Shown: positions 22,761 through 32,599 of the stretch, piece after piece
Position numbering within the stretch: the first letter of the stretch is position 1
Layout of the letters: the number at the start of each line of letters is the position of its first letter
Assembly (NCBI GenBank): GCA_036501385.1
Contig: DASYAK010000074.1
Location: 27,646-91,645 of the forward strand
DNA length: 64,000 nt
Reading direction: 5' to 3'
DNA from: Gemmatimonadales bacterium
Lineage (GTDB): Bacteria; Gemmatimonadota; Gemmatimonadetes; Gemmatimonadales; GWC2-71-9
Notes under the pieces: model-generated
Database searches by the model: none
Told to the model about the DNA's origin: nothing
The model's input: only the letters and a program-made list of their open reading frames with translations
Translations under genes and position numbers: made by a program

Positions 22761-23870
22761 TCAGGCGGCGAGTGCACCGGCCTTCTGCTTGACGCGGTCG
22801 ATCAGCGCAGTCCAGCTGTCGGAGAACTTGCGCACGCCATCGTCTTCGAGAAAGGCCGTCTTCTCCGCCAGTGGTGCCACGCCGAGCTTCTCGTAGCCGA
22901 CCAGGAGGGCCTCCGCTTCGATCTCGCTCTGCGGGGTGATCCGGACTTCGGGATGGCCGTGGTCGTTATAGGCCCGGAAGGTATCGGGCGGCAGCGTATT
23001 GACGGTGTCCGGCGCAAGCAGTGCTTCGGCGTAATAGATGTCGGAGAGGCCCGGGTCCTTGGTACTGGTTGACGCCCAGAGCGGGCGCTGCGCCTTGGCA
23101 CCCTTGGTGGCAATTGCCTGCCAGCGCGGGTTCATCAGCGACCTGCCGAAGACGCCGTACGCCACCCGCGCATTCGCAATGGCCATCTGATGGAGGAAGC
23201 GCTTGCCGCGTTCGCCGGCCTTGACCAGCAGGGGATCGGTCTGTCCATCGACCCGGCTCACGAAGAAGCTCGCCACCGAATAGACGGTGTTCACGGGCAA
23301 GCCGAGTCCGATCCGTCGCTCGAGGCCGCTGAAGAAGGCGTCGATCACCTGCTTGTATCGCTCGACGCTGAAGAGCAGAGTGATGTTGATATTGATCCCG
23401 TCGGCCAGGCACTGGGCAATCGCCGGCAATCCGGCGGCCGTTCCCGGGATCTTCACCATGAGGTTGGGACGGTCCACGAGGCGCCAGAGACGATGCGCCG
23501 CCTCGATGGTTCCTTCGGTGTCGTGGGCGAGTCTGGGTGAGACTTCGATCGACACCGTGCCGTCGCCGTGCCCGCTCTGGTCGTAGACCGGGCGGAAGAC
23601 ATCGCACGCTGCTTTCACATCCTTGACCATCAGCGCTTCGACGATCGATTCCGGTGACTCGCCGGCGCGGCTGAGCGTGCGGATATCTTCGTCGTAGTCG
23701 CTGCTTCCCGCCACGGCCTTCTCGAAGATCGTGGGATTCGACGTCATCCCGCGAAGATGGTCGCTCGTCACCAGGCGCTTGAGTTCGCCCGAGTGAATCA
23801 GGTCTCGGGTGACGAAATCGTACCAGATGCTCTGGCCGAGTTCGGTGAGCCGTTGCAAGGGCTGTGACAT
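22761..23870 (-). CDS. tal: Transaldolase
   Basis: Internal ATG 23870 gives MSQPLQRLTELGQSIWYDF. Motifs GMTSNPTIFEKA and NLMVKIPGT. ORF track 22761..24188 is over-extended into tkt. Confidence 0.93.
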   Translation of the reverse strand: MSQPLQRLTELGQSIWYDFVTRDLIHSGELKRLVTSDHLRGMTSNPTIFEKAVAGSSDYDEDIRTLSRAGESPESIVEALMVKDVKAACDVFRPVYDQSGHGDGTVSIEVSPRLAHDTEGTIEAAHRLWRLVDRPNLMVKIPGTAAGLPAIAQCLADGININITLLFSVERYKQVIDAFFSGLERRIGLGLPVNTVYSVASFFVSRVDGQTDPLLVKAGERGKRFLHQMAIANARVAYGVFGRSLMNPRWQAIATKGAKAQRPLWASTSTKDPGLSDIYYAEALLAPDTVNTLPPDTFRAYNDHGHPEVRITPQSEIEAEALLVGYEKLGVAPLAEKTAFLEDDGVRKFSDSWTALIDRVKQKAGALAA

Positions 23871-23883
23871 GGCGGTGCTCCGG

Positions 23884-25920
23884 TCAGACGAGCGCGCGCA
23901 CGGCCTGTGCGACGCGTTCGGGGGTGAATCCGAACTCGGTGAAGAGTCGCTCGGCAGGCGCCGAAGCGCCGAAGTGATCGAGTCCGATTGCCGTGCCACG
24001 ACTTCCCGTCCAGCGACACCATCCGAATGTCGACGCGGCTTCGATCGACACCCGCGCCATGATGGACGACGGTAGCACCCGCTCGCGCCACACATCGTCC
24101 TGCGCTTCGAACAACTCCCACGACGGCATCGAAACGACTCGCACTGGAATCCCTTCGCCGTCGAGGATTGCCGCCGCCTTGACCGCAATCTGGACTTCGC
24201 TGCCCGTGGCGATCACGATCGCGCGCGGTGATGTCGCCGGTTCACGGAGAATGTACCCGCCGCGGGCGGTTTCACCCACGCCCTGGGCCGTGCGATCCTG
24301 CGCCGGGAGTTTCTGCCGCGTGAGGATCAGGGCCGTGGGACCGTTGGTGCGCCGCATCGCCACCTTCCATGCTTCCACCGTCTCGGCCGCGTCGGCCGGA
24401 CGAATGGTCATCATCCCGGGAATGCTTCGCAGCATGGCGAGCTGTTCGACCGGCTGATGAGTCGGGCCATCTTCGCCGAGGCCGATCGAGTCGTGGGTGA
24501 AGATATAGATCGGCGCCACCTTCATCAGCGACGCCAGCCGCACCGACGGTTTGCAGTAATCGAGGAAGATCAGGAACGTGGCGCCATATGGACGGAACCC
24601 GCCATGCACCGCGATGCCATTGAGTGCCGCCATCATGCCGTGCTCGCGTACTCCCCAGTGCATCCGCGGACCGGTTGTTTCGGTGTCGAAGATCTCGCCG
24701 ACCTTGATATTGGTGCCGTTGCTGCCGCCCAGATCGGCCGATCCCCCCATCAGCGACGGCACCGTCCTGGCGATTACCTCGAGTGCCTTCTGCGAGGCCT
24801 GACGCGTCGCGAGCGACTCCTTCGACAGATCCGGAAGCGTCGCATCCCATCCGTCGGGGAGCTCGCCCGCAAGCCGGCTCCGGAACGCTGCGGCATCGGC
24901 ACGCGCGGCAAGCCGGGCCTCCCAGCTTGCCACCCTCGAATCGCCCGCCGCGGCGAGAGGCCGCATCTCGTCGTACGCCGCCGGCGCCACGAAGTACGGT
25001 TCCTGTGGCCAGTGGAGAATCTCCTTCGTCTTCGCGACCTCGTCCTTTCCGAGCGGTGCCCCGTGCGCTTCGGGCGTGTCCTGCTTGGTTGGCGCCGGAT
25101 TGCCGATCACGGTGCGGAGGCGGATCAGCGTCGGGCGGTCCGATCGTGACGCGGCGTCAGCGAGTGCCGCGTCAATCGCGGCCAGGTCGTTGCCATCCTC
25201 CACGTGCAGCACTCGCCAGCCGTACGCCTGGAAGCGCTGCTCGACATTGTCGGTGAAGGTGATCTCGGTGTGGCCGTCGATGGTGATGTGATTGTCGTCA
25301 TAGATCACCGTCAACTTGCCGAGGCGCAGATGTCCGGCGAGCGATGCCGCTTCGCTTCCGACTCCTTCCATCATGTCGCCGTCGGATGCAAAGACCCAGG
25401 TGCGATGGTCGACGATGTCGCTGCCGAATTGCGAGGCAAGAAGTCGCTCGGCGATCGCCATGCCGATCGCGTTGCCCATCCCCTGTCCGAGCGGTCCGGT
25501 CGTGGTCTCGACACCGACCGTGTGGCCGTGCTCGGGGTGACCCGGTGTCTTCGACCCCCACTGCCGGAAGTTCTTGATCTCGTCGAGCGACAGGTCATAC
25601 CCCGACAGATGGAGCAGCGAATAGAGCAGCAGCGACGCGTGTCCGCACGAGAGGACGAAACGATCGCGGTCGGGCCAGTCGGGGTGATGCGGCGCGTGCT
25701 TGAGGTGACGTCGCCAGAGAAGATATCCGACGGGTGCGAGCGCCATCGGCGTTCCGGGGTGGCCGGAGTCGGCGGCCTGCACCGCGTCCATGGCAAGGAC
25801 CCGGATCGAATTGATCACCTGCCATGCGGCGTCGGGATTGATCGGCGGATTGCTGGGAGTGGCAGTGGTGGTTGGCACTGGTCCCGCCTGCGTGGGTAGT
25901 CCGGACTTCAGGTGCAGCAA
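23884..25920 (-). CDS. tkt: Transketolase
   Basis: [51 protein letters not shown]. 678 aa. The exact start is uncertain because there is an unusual ~30 aa N-terminal extension. Confidence 0.95.
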   Translation of the reverse strand: MLHLKSGLPTQAGPVPTTTATPSNPPINPDAAWQVINSIRVLAMDAVQAADSGHPGTPMALAPVGYLLWRRHLKHAPHHPDWPDRDRFVLSCGHASLLLYSLLHLSGYDLSLDEIKNFRQWGSKTPGHPEHGHTVGVETTTGPLGQGMGNAIGMAIAERLLASQFGSDIVDHRTWVFASDGDMMEGVGSEAASLAGHLRLGKLTVIYDDNHITIDGHTEITFTDNVEQRFQAYGWRVLHVEDGNDLAAIDAALADAASRSDRPTLIRLRTVIGNPAPTKQDTPEAHGAPLGKDEVAKTKEILHWPQEPYFVAPAAYDEMRPLAAAGDSRVASWEARLAARADAAAFRSRLAGELPDGWDATLPDLSKESLATRQASQKALEVIARTVPSLMGGSADLGGSNGTNIKVGEIFDTETTGPRMHWGVREHGMMAALNGIAVHGGFRPYGATFLIFLDYCKPSVRLASLMKVAPIYIFTHDSIGLGEDGPTHQPVEQLAMLRSIPGMMTIRPADAAETVEAWKVAMRRTNGPTALILTRQKLPAQDRTAQGVGETARGGYILREPATSPRAIVIATGSEVQIAVKAAAILDGEGIPVRVVSMPSWELFEAQDDVWRERVLPSSIMARVSIEAASTFGWCRWTGSRGTAIGLDHFGASAPAERLFTEFGFTPERVAQAVRALV

Positions 25921-25955
25921 GATAATGGGCGGAGGGCGAACTATCTTGCGGGGCG

Positions 25956-26444
25956 ATGCAATACCAGATGAAGCAGAAGCTTTTCTCCTGGGGCGACGAT
26001 TTCACCATCCAGGATGGCACCGGGAATGATGCGTTTTTCGTTGACGGCAAGGCGTTCTCGCTGGGTCATCAGCTCTCATTCCAGGACATGTCGGGACGCG
26101 AACTCGCCTTCATCAAGCAGAAGCTCCTCGCCTGGGGGCCGACCTACGAACTTTACCGCGATGGCGCGCTCGCCGCTGTCGTCAAGAAGCAGCTCTTTAC
26201 CCTCTTTCAATGCACCTTCAGCGTCGATGTCCCGGGGCCAGACGATCTGACTGCCAAGGGCGAGTTCACCGACCACGAGTATCTCCTGTCTCGTGGCGGA
26301 CGCGAAGTTGCCACGGTCTCGAAGCGATGGTTCGCCTTGACCGACACCTACGGCGTCGACATCAACGATGGTGAAGACGCCGTGCTCATCCTCGCCAGCA
26401 CCGTAGTGATCGACATGGCATGCCATCCCGACGGGCGGCGCTGA
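25956..26444 (+). CDS. LURP-one-related / tubby C-terminal-like family protein
   Basis: [44 protein letters not shown] followed by a second [11 protein letters not shown] repeat, typical of the family. Confidence 0.8.
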   Translation: MQYQMKQKLFSWGDDFTIQDGTGNDAFFVDGKAFSLGHQLSFQDMSGRELAFIKQKLLAWGPTYELYRDGALAAVVKKQLFTLFQCTFSVDVPGPDDLTAKGEFTDHEYLLSRGGREVATVSKRWFALTDTYGVDINDGEDAVLILASTVVIDMACHPDGRR

Positions 26445-27526
26445 ACTCCGAGGTGTCCGAAGCTTCCGGCCGTGTCGCTTTCGATCAGGAAGGATTCAAC
26501 TCCGCCGCGTGGCCTGACCCCGTCGCCATCGACGGCATCACCTCCACCGATCGATTCTTCTCCCGCAGCCACGCGGCGGTGCCGCAGATCGATCCCGTAA
26601 CGTGGAGGCTCGAGGTTGGCGGGATGGTCGAGCATCCCCGGCGCTATTCGCTGGCCGAGATCGGTGCGATGTCTCGCCATACCGTCACCGCAACCCTGGT
26701 CTGCGCCGGAATGCGCCGGGCTGAACTCCTCACAGTTGCACCGCTCCCGGGCGAACTGCCGTGGGGGGCCGAGCCGGCGGCCACCGGGAAGTGGACCGGC
26801 ATACCGCTGCCCGAACTCCTCGAGCGATCCGGAATCGCACCCGGCGCGCGATATGTCGAATTCGCGGGGCTCGATCGGGTCGACCGTGACGGGCGACAGT
26901 TTGGATTCGGTGGTTCGATCGATCTCGACAAGGCACGTTCCGGTGACGTGCTGCTGGCGACGCACCTCAACGACGAGCCGCTGACGCCCCGCACCGGTTT
27001 CCCGCTTCGAGCGATCGTGCCGGGGTGGATCGGCGCGCGCAGCGTCAAGTGGCTCGGGGCGATCACCCTTCGCCACGATCCATCAGAGAATTATTTCCAG
27101 ACGCGAGCCTACCGGATGCAGCGGATCCCCGATCCTGCACACCCGCGGGATGTGTCCGACGGGACCGCGCTGATCGAGGTCTCGCTCAACTCGGTGATTC
27201 TCCACCCCCGCGCCGGCGCGATCGTCGAGGCCGGCCCGCTCACTGTCCGCGGCTGGGCGATCGGTACCGGAGCGGCGCCCCTCGCGTCGATCGAGGTGTC
27301 GCCCGACAATGGCGTCCACTGGATACCGGCCCGCACCATCCCGGCGGGTCGCTGGGCATGGACGCTATGGGAGGCCTCGATGTCATTCCATCCGGGGAAA
27401 CACGTCCTTGCAGTACGGGCCACTGATGCCGATGGCCAGACGCAGCCCGCGACACTCGAGGAGGTGTGGAATGTCAAAGGGTACTGCAATAATGCCTGGC
27501 ATCGGATTGCGATCGAGGTGGCCTGA
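26420..27526 (+). CDS. Sulfite oxidase-family molybdopterin oxidoreductase (no signal peptide seen)
   Basis: FFSRSHAAVPQIDPVTWRLEVGGMVEHP, TLVCAGMRR (Mo-ligand Cys region), and a C-terminal dimerisation Ig-like domain. The start may instead be the GTG at 26453. Confidence 0.85.
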   Translation: MPSRRAALNSEVSEASGRVAFDQEGFNSAAWPDPVAIDGITSTDRFFSRSHAAVPQIDPVTWRLEVGGMVEHPRRYSLAEIGAMSRHTVTATLVCAGMRRAELLTVAPLPGELPWGAEPAATGKWTGIPLPELLERSGIAPGARYVEFAGLDRVDRDGRQFGFGGSIDLDKARSGDVLLATHLNDEPLTPRTGFPLRAIVPGWIGARSVKWLGAITLRHDPSENYFQTRAYRMQRIPDPAHPRDVSDGTALIEVSLNSVILHPRAGAIVEAGPLTVRGWAIGTGAAPLASIEVSPDNGVHWIPARTIPAGRWAWTLWEASMSFHPGKHVLAVRATDADGQTQPATLEEVWNVKGYCNNAWHRIAIEVA

Positions 27527-27560
27527 TGCGCGCGGCGCGCACCGCCGGAGTTTCACGCGC

Positions 27561-28109
27561 ATGATGGGACTCATCGTCTGCTTCGCGTACACGCTGCTTC
27601 CGGCGCGGTCACTCGCGGCGCAGGCCGGGCCCCGGATCATCCTGATCCGCCACGGCGAGAAACCGGCTGACGCTCAAAACCCGCATCTTTCGCCCGCCGG
27701 CGTGCGGCGCGCCCAGACCCTCGTGACCTTCGTCACCCACGACCCGGCAATCGCGGGACCAGGTCTCCCGGTCGCGATCTTCGCCACGCGCACCACGCAT
27801 GATGGCGACGGACAGCGGACCCAGGAGACCGTGACGCCTCTCGCGCGCACGCTCCACCTCGCCGTGCAAGCGCCGTTTCACGGCAGCGAATACGCTCGGC
27901 TTGCGCGGGCCATCCTCAGCGACCGCGCCCTCGCGGGAAAGACGATCCTGATCTGCTGGAACCACGAGGAAATTCCGCAGCTTGCGGCCGCTCTCGGCGT
28001 TCGACCCGAGCCACGCAAATGGAAGGACGGCAATTTCGATCAGGTCGACATCATCACGTATCACAAAGGACGAGCGCGGCTCGCGATCACGCGATACGGC
28101 GCGCCATGA
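27561..28109 (+). CDS. Exported histidine phosphatase superfamily protein
   Basis: Signal MMGLIVCFAYTLLPARSLAAQ followed by the RHG catalytic motif (IILIRHGEKP). Internal ATG 27561 of ORF 27309..28109. Confidence 0.75.
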   Translation: MMGLIVCFAYTLLPARSLAAQAGPRIILIRHGEKPADAQNPHLSPAGVRRAQTLVTFVTHDPAIAGPGLPVAIFATRTTHDGDGQRTQETVTPLARTLHLAVQAPFHGSEYARLARAILSDRALAGKTILICWNHEEIPQLAAALGVRPEPRKWKDGNFDQVDIITYHKGRARLAITRYGAP

Positions 28110-28118
28110 TCGCGCCGT
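28096..28118. terminator. Hairpin between convergent histidine phosphatase and MBL genes
   Basis: ACGGCGCG-CCATGAT-CGCGCCGT (8 bp) spanning the stop codon at 28107..28109, followed by GATTTCCTT. Confidence 0.3.
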
Positions 28119-28155
28119 GATTTCCTTGGTGACCGTGATCTCTACCTGCCGTCGG

Positions 28156-29358
28156 TTACTCCGGCGTGCGGTGTGGTCCCAGTAACGACACCCATCCGCA
28201 CTCGCTCAGCACGCCAACGTACCGGTGAAATCCATCGGTTCCGATGACGAACGGATTGGGAATCGGCGCTTTGGCGCGCCGTAGCGTGTCCATCCGTGCC
28301 ACGGCGCTGTCGACGAACGGATAGCTGTTGAGCTCGGCGTCGGCGTGGGCCGAATCTGCGGCAGCGGCGAGATGCACCAATGACGTTATGTAGGTGTTCT
28401 TCATGTCGCTCGAGGCCGGCATTGCGGTCCCGCCGAGGACCACCGCGGTGTGCCGGGTGCCGTGATCGGTGACAGGTACGACGACCGAAATCGTTCCCGG
28501 CGAATGCGCGGGCGTAAGAAGGACGGTCACGGTTTCGTCGCCCAGGGTAAAGGTCTGTCCGTCGACTGCGGTCAGATCGTGGTGGGGTGCCTCGTCGACT
28601 GCCACTGCCTCGTCGACCGATGGGCGATTGCCACCCGTCGATCCGCCTCCACCGCGCCCTCCGCCAAAGCCGCCCCGCCCGCCGCCAAAGCCACCGCGCC
28701 CTCCGCCGAACCCGCCCCGTCCGCCACTGCCACCACCACCGCCACCGCCGCCACCACCGCCGCCACCACGGCGACTTCCGCCGCCCAGTGAATCGCCGCC
28801 GTGCCCGCTGCGCGAAGGACGCATTCCGCCCAGCTGTGTGATGTCGGTCCAATCTGCTGGCGACATGATCACCTGCGCTGCGTATTTGTCCTGGAAGTAT
28901 TTCGCCCCGCCGTAGTTGTCGCCGTCCGCCTGAGTGACGATCACGTATTTCACTTGCGCGGGATCGAGGCCGAGCTTGTGGAGTCCTGGAAGGAGGACCG
29001 ATTCAACCGATTTGGTATGCATCGCATTGATCAGGATGATTCCCGCTGAGGTGTTCACCGCCCACGCGCCGAGATGCTCCGTCCCGATGTAGAAGACATT
29101 GTCGAAGACTCTCGTCGGCGGCACATGGCCGTCCTTCCCCGAGGGACGATACGGGTTGTCCTCACCCAGCTCGTTGCATTGCACTTCCTCCGTGGTGAGA
29201 AACGAGCTGCCAGCCAGTTCGCGTGCGCGCGCAAGGTGCTGGCGTGCTTCGTCGGTCGGCGTTTGCGCGCCGAGCGGTCTTGGGGCACCGACGATGAGGC
29301 CGAGGGCTGTCGTGACGACGAGGAAGTGCATGGAGCGGGACTGCATGGACATCTTCAT
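28156..29358 (-). CDS. Exported metallo-beta-lactamase-fold protein with degenerate metal motif and a Gly/Arg-rich insertion
   Basis: Signal peptide (HFLVVTTALGLIVGAPRPLGAQ). MBL-like core with VIVTQADGDNYGG in place of THxHxDHxGG. LTPAHSPGT is retained. A roughly 55-aa GGG/RGGFGGG insertion. Confidence 0.75.
   Translation of the reverse strand: MKMSMQSRSMHFLVVTTALGLIVGAPRPLGAQTPTDEARQHLARARELAGSSFLTTEEVQCNELGEDNPYRPSGKDGHVPPTRVFDNVFYIGTEHLGAWAVNTSAGIILINAMHTKSVESVLLPGLHKLGLDPAQVKYVIVTQADGDNYGGAKYFQDKYAAQVIMSPADWTDITQLGGMRPSRSGHGGDSLGGGSRRGGGGGGGGGGGGGSGGRGGFGGGRGGFGGGRGGFGGGRGGGGSTGGNRPSVDEAVAVDEAPHHDLTAVDGQTFTLGDETVTVLLTPAHSPGTISVVVPVTDHGTRHTAVVLGGTAMPASSDMKNTYITSLVHLAAAADSAHADAELNSYPFVDSAVARMDTLRRAKAPIPNPFVIGTDGFHRYVGVLSECGWVSLLGPHRTPE
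28631..28790 (-). repeat. In-frame GC-rich coding tandem repeat (about 3.5 x 21 nt encoding RGGFGGG, flanked by poly-Gly)
   Basis: The plus strand reads ccgcgccctccgccaaagccg / ccccgcccgccgccaaagcca / ccgcgccctccgccgaacccg, then ccaccaccaccgccaccgccgccaccaccgccgccacc. The minus-strand translation is GGGSRRGGGGGGGGGGGGGSGGRGGFGGGRGGFGGGRGGFGGGRGGGGSTGG. Confidence 0.8.
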
Positions 29359-29480
29359 CTCCGGAGTATCTGCGTGAGACGGTCCAGGACCCGGCGCGTT
29401 ATCTTCGTTCCAAACCGAGGCGCGACGGCAGGTCGCCTGCTGTTGCTACACTACGCACAGCCCCCCACGAAGGACGATCG

Positions 29481-30110
29481 ATGACCCCGGCGCGCGACGC
29501 CCTGATCCGGCTGCGAGATGGCAATCGCCGCTTCGCCCAGCACGTCAGTGGTTCGGATTCCTACCTCAGCCACACCCGGCGCGCTGACCTTGCGGCCAAG
29601 CATCCTCCTTTCGCGGTCATCCTGGGATGCTCGGATGCCCGAGTTCCAGCGGAGATCATCTTCGACCAGGGTCTTGGCGATCTCTTCGTGATTCGCGTGG
29701 CGGGAAACATCGTCGCGCCGTCGCAGGTCGCCAGCGTCGAGTTTGCCGCCGCCCGTTTCGGTACGCGCCTCGTAGTGGTGCTGGGTCATTCGGACTGCGG
29801 TGCGATTCGGGCCACGATCGACGAGCTGCGCCATCCCGCGCCGGCCGGTTCGCATGCGCTCGATGCCATCGTCAACCGGGTGCGACCATCGGTAGAGGAA
29901 CTCCTCACAACGGAGCTTGCCAACGATGACGCCGCGCTAGCGGCCCACGCCGTGCGCGGCAATATCCGGGCGTCAGTCTCGCATCTACGCCATGGGTCGC
30001 AACTGATCGAGCAGCTCGGCCGCGACGACGGACTGTGGGTCGTCGGGGCTGAGTACTCGGTCGAAACCGGGGTCGTCGAGTTCCTTGACTCGGAGATCGC
30101 CGGCCACTGA
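29481..30110 (+). CDS. Beta-class carbonic anhydrase
   Basis: LRDGNRRF, zinc-ligand motifs CSDARVP and HSDCGA, FVIRVAGN. Confidence 0.92.
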   Translation: MTPARDALIRLRDGNRRFAQHVSGSDSYLSHTRRADLAAKHPPFAVILGCSDARVPAEIIFDQGLGDLFVIRVAGNIVAPSQVASVEFAAARFGTRLVVVLGHSDCGAIRATIDELRHPAPAGSHALDAIVNRVRPSVEELLTTELANDDAALAAHAVRGNIRASVSHLRHGSQLIEQLGRDDGLWVVGAEYSVETGVVEFLDSEIAGH

Positions 30111-30128
30111 ATCGGCCGGGGCGATCCG

Positions 30129-30587
30129 CTACTGCTTCATTAACTGGCCGCGAATCTCACCGTTCGGGTCGGTGGCGGTGTGCACGTTCACATACGCGTG
30201 CCCGTTGCTGAGCAGCGTCTTGAGCGAATCACCGGACACACCGGGGCTCGCCGCCATGTTCAGATCGATCGTTCCTGCTGCCACCGTTCCGTCCTTGATA
30301 TGATGCACGGTGAAGCTGTAGACCGGCGGCCCCCCCACGCCGGTGGCGCCAACATGGATATGCGCCGCGGTGGCGGTGTTGGAAAGATTGTGGACAGTCA
30401 CGGTGTAATGCAGCCTTGAGCCGATGAGCGTCAAGGTGGCAGTGCCGGTGGCGGTCGACGTCGTTGCCGGAGTTTCCTGCGCGCCGGTCATCTGGGCGGT
30501 GTACGTGATGCTCTGAGCGGATGCGGGGTGCGCGAGACGCGCGGTGAGCGCGGCGGCGAGACCCAGGGCGGCGATTCGAACGTGCAT
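30129..30587 (-). CDS. Secreted CHRD domain protein
   Basis: Signal MHVRIAALGLAAALTARLAHPASA. CHRD hallmarks: GAQETP, GTATLTL, AAHIHVGATGVGGPPV, AYVNVHTATDPNGEIRGQL. Confidence 0.85.
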   Translation of the reverse strand: MHVRIAALGLAAALTARLAHPASAQSITYTAQMTGAQETPATTSTATGTATLTLIGSRLHYTVTVHNLSNTATAAHIHVGATGVGGPPVYSFTVHHIKDGTVAAGTIDLNMAASPGVSGDSLKTLLSNGHAYVNVHTATDPNGEIRGQLMKQ

Positions 30588-30649
30588 GCGATCCTCGGGA
30601 AGGTGGACGCTTCCGGGGACGATGTTCCCGCCGCCCTATGCACCCAGGG

Positions 30650-32599
30650 CTATTGCTTGGCAGCCCCACTGAGGAGCGTGGTCAAGTCGGCGATCGCGGT
30701 GCGGCGGATCGGCCGTGACCGGACGAAGACCACCGTCTTCTCGTCGGGGGTCAGCGCCGCGGCACCTTCGTCGGCACCGGTGTGAGTCAGCTGGCGGCGA
30801 ACGCCGGTGGTCCGGTCGAGGATTCCCAAGTCGCGGGTTGCGCCGCTCAGCATGAGGTAGAGCACCTTCGAGCCGTCGTCGGAGATGAACGCAAAATTGT
30901 CAGCTGGATTCAACAGCGGCGTAGCATCGCGGTCGCTCCCCATCGGCACGGCGTAGAAAGCGAAGCCACCCGTCCCGTTCTGGGCGACAATGGCCGAGTC
31001 CCCCGGGAGCGGATCGACCGCGAAGGCGTTGTTCCGTTTCCAGATCGGGGAGAACGTCCCGTTGTCCTTCACGACCATCGGTGCGAATCGTCCGTTGGCG
31101 TCGACGATCGTCGCGAGGATTTCGGAGCGGCCAGTGCGGCCAGTGAGGTTGTTCACGTTCCCTGACTGGGTGATGCGCTGCGGCTCGCCGCCTGCGATCG
31201 ACACCTTCCACGCATCGTCGACCCGCGAATCGTGGTCGGAGGCGAAGTAGATCGACTTCCCGTCGCCGCTCCACACGGGATTCTGTTCGCTGCCCGGCCA
31301 GTTGTCGAGCTGGCGCGGCGCACCGCCGGCAAGGTCAACGACCCAGAGGTCCGGGGTCCCATTGCGGTCCGAGATGAACGCCAGATGCGCTCCGTCCGGC
31401 GACCACGCCATCTCGGAGTTGCTTCCCCCTTGCACCAGCGTTCGCATTGCACTGCCGACGACCGGGATCACGGCGAGGTCGCTCATGTTGCCACCGCGAT
31501 CGATCCGGAACGCCACTTCCTTTCCGTCGGGTGAGAGCTGAAGCTGGGTGGCGCGGATCGAATCGGGAGTCAGCCGGCGTTCGGTGCTGTCGGCGAGCGA
31601 CATTGCCCAGATCCCGCTTTCGCCCTGCCCGGTGGTATACACCAGCTTGTGGGAGTTGGGGAACCACTGCAGGATCGACTCCTCGTCGGGGTCGTCGGTG
31701 ACGCGAATCTCCGGTCCGCCGGCGACCGGAACCACCCAGAGATCGTTCTGGCGTCCGCGGTCCGATTCAAATGCGATCCATTTGCCGTCCGGTGACCAGA
31801 GTGGCCTGGTGTCGTTGCGGACATCGCGGGTCAATTGGCGTGGCGCGCCGCCATCGGCTCCCACAATCCAGATGTCGGACGTGCCGGTCCGTCGCGATTC
31901 GTAGGCGATCTCCTTGCTGTCCGGAGACCACACCTGATCGGCCTGGAGCGCAAACGACTCGAAGCCGTCGGCGGTGAGTTGCCGCGGATTCCGCCCCGCG
32001 CTGTCGGCCACCCAGATCGTGCTCTTGCCACCGTCCTCCACGAAATAGGCGATCCTGGTGCCATCGGGTGACCAGTAGCCGATGTATGAATGGGTCTCTC
32101 CCGGTACCAGCGGTGCCGTTGTGTGGTGGCTGCTCGACACGATGAACGCCTGGAATGCGCCGCCGCCGACTCCCGTGGTCGCGGCGTAGAGGAGCCGGTC
32201 GCCATCGCGATTCCACATGACCGGAACCGCCGCACCCGATTTATCGGTGAGTTGCTCGGGCGCACCGCCAGTGGCGGAAACGACGGCGACCTGGAGGAGT
32301 CCGCCGTCGCTCGAGGCTGCCGCGACGCGCGACCCGTCGGGCGACCAGAGCGGGGGGACGAGCGAAAGTGAAGTGACCGGCACCTTCATCGGATGCCGCA
32401 TTCCGGAATCCGATGTCCAGAGCTGCTGGACCTGCCCGCTTGGCTCCCACCAATCGATCCGTGATCCGTCGGGAGAGAACCGCGCCAGGACCTGGTCGGC
32501 GCTGTCTGACGAAATGAACGTGACCGGCGGTAATCCCGACGGCTTCGGCGCGCACGCCGCGAGTGAAATCATGGCACCGGCGAACCTTATCCGCTTCAT
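30650..32599 (-). CDS. Periplasmic PD40/WD40-like (TolB-type) beta-propeller repeat protein
   Basis: Lipoprotein-like signal (GAMISLAAC). More than 10 repeats of the PD40 signature (WSPDG.RIAF, SDIW.V). The ATG overlaps the kinase stop (ATGA at 32596..32599). Confidence 0.85.
   Translation of the reverse strand: MKRIRFAGAMISLAACAPKPSGLPPVTFISSDSADQVLARFSPDGSRIDWWEPSGQVQQLWTSDSGMRHPMKVPVTSLSLVPPLWSPDGSRVAAASSDGGLLQVAVVSATGGAPEQLTDKSGAAVPVMWNRDGDRLLYAATTGVGGGAFQAFIVSSSHHTTAPLVPGETHSYIGYWSPDGTRIAYFVEDGGKSTIWVADSAGRNPRQLTADGFESFALQADQVWSPDSKEIAYESRRTGTSDIWIVGADGGAPRQLTRDVRNDTRPLWSPDGKWIAFESDRGRQNDLWVVPVAGGPEIRVTDDPDEESILQWFPNSHKLVYTTGQGESGIWAMSLADSTERRLTPDSIRATQLQLSPDGKEVAFRIDRGGNMSDLAVIPVVGSAMRTLVQGGSNSEMAWSPDGAHLAFISDRNGTPDLWVVDLAGGAPRQLDNWPGSEQNPVWSGDGKSIYFASDHDSRVDDAWKVSIAGGEPQRITQSGNVNNLTGRTGRSEILATIVDANGRFAPMVVKDNGTFSPIWKRNNAFAVDPLPGDSAIVAQNGTGGFAFYAVPMGSDRDATPLLNPADNFAFISDDGSKVLYLMLSGATRDLGILDRTTGVRRQLTHTGADEGAAALTPDEKTVVFVRSRPIRRTAIADLTTLLSGAAKQ

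Noticed and set aside
28631-28790. Short tandem repeats that could superficially suggest a CRISPR-like or minisatellite locus.
   Set aside because: The units are 21 nt, contiguous with no spacers, in frame, and translate to RGGFGGG inside a CDS. There are no cas genes in the window.
28469-28915. Striking proline-rich ORF (PPPPRPPPKPPRPPPKPPRPPPNPPRPPLPPPPPPPPPPPPPRR). Similar proline-rich ORFs occur at 46929..47462.
   Set aside because: It is the reverse-complement mirror of the poly-Gly/RGG coding tract of the minus-strand MBL-like gene (GGN codons read as NCC). The minus-strand frame continues into a recognisable fold on both sides.
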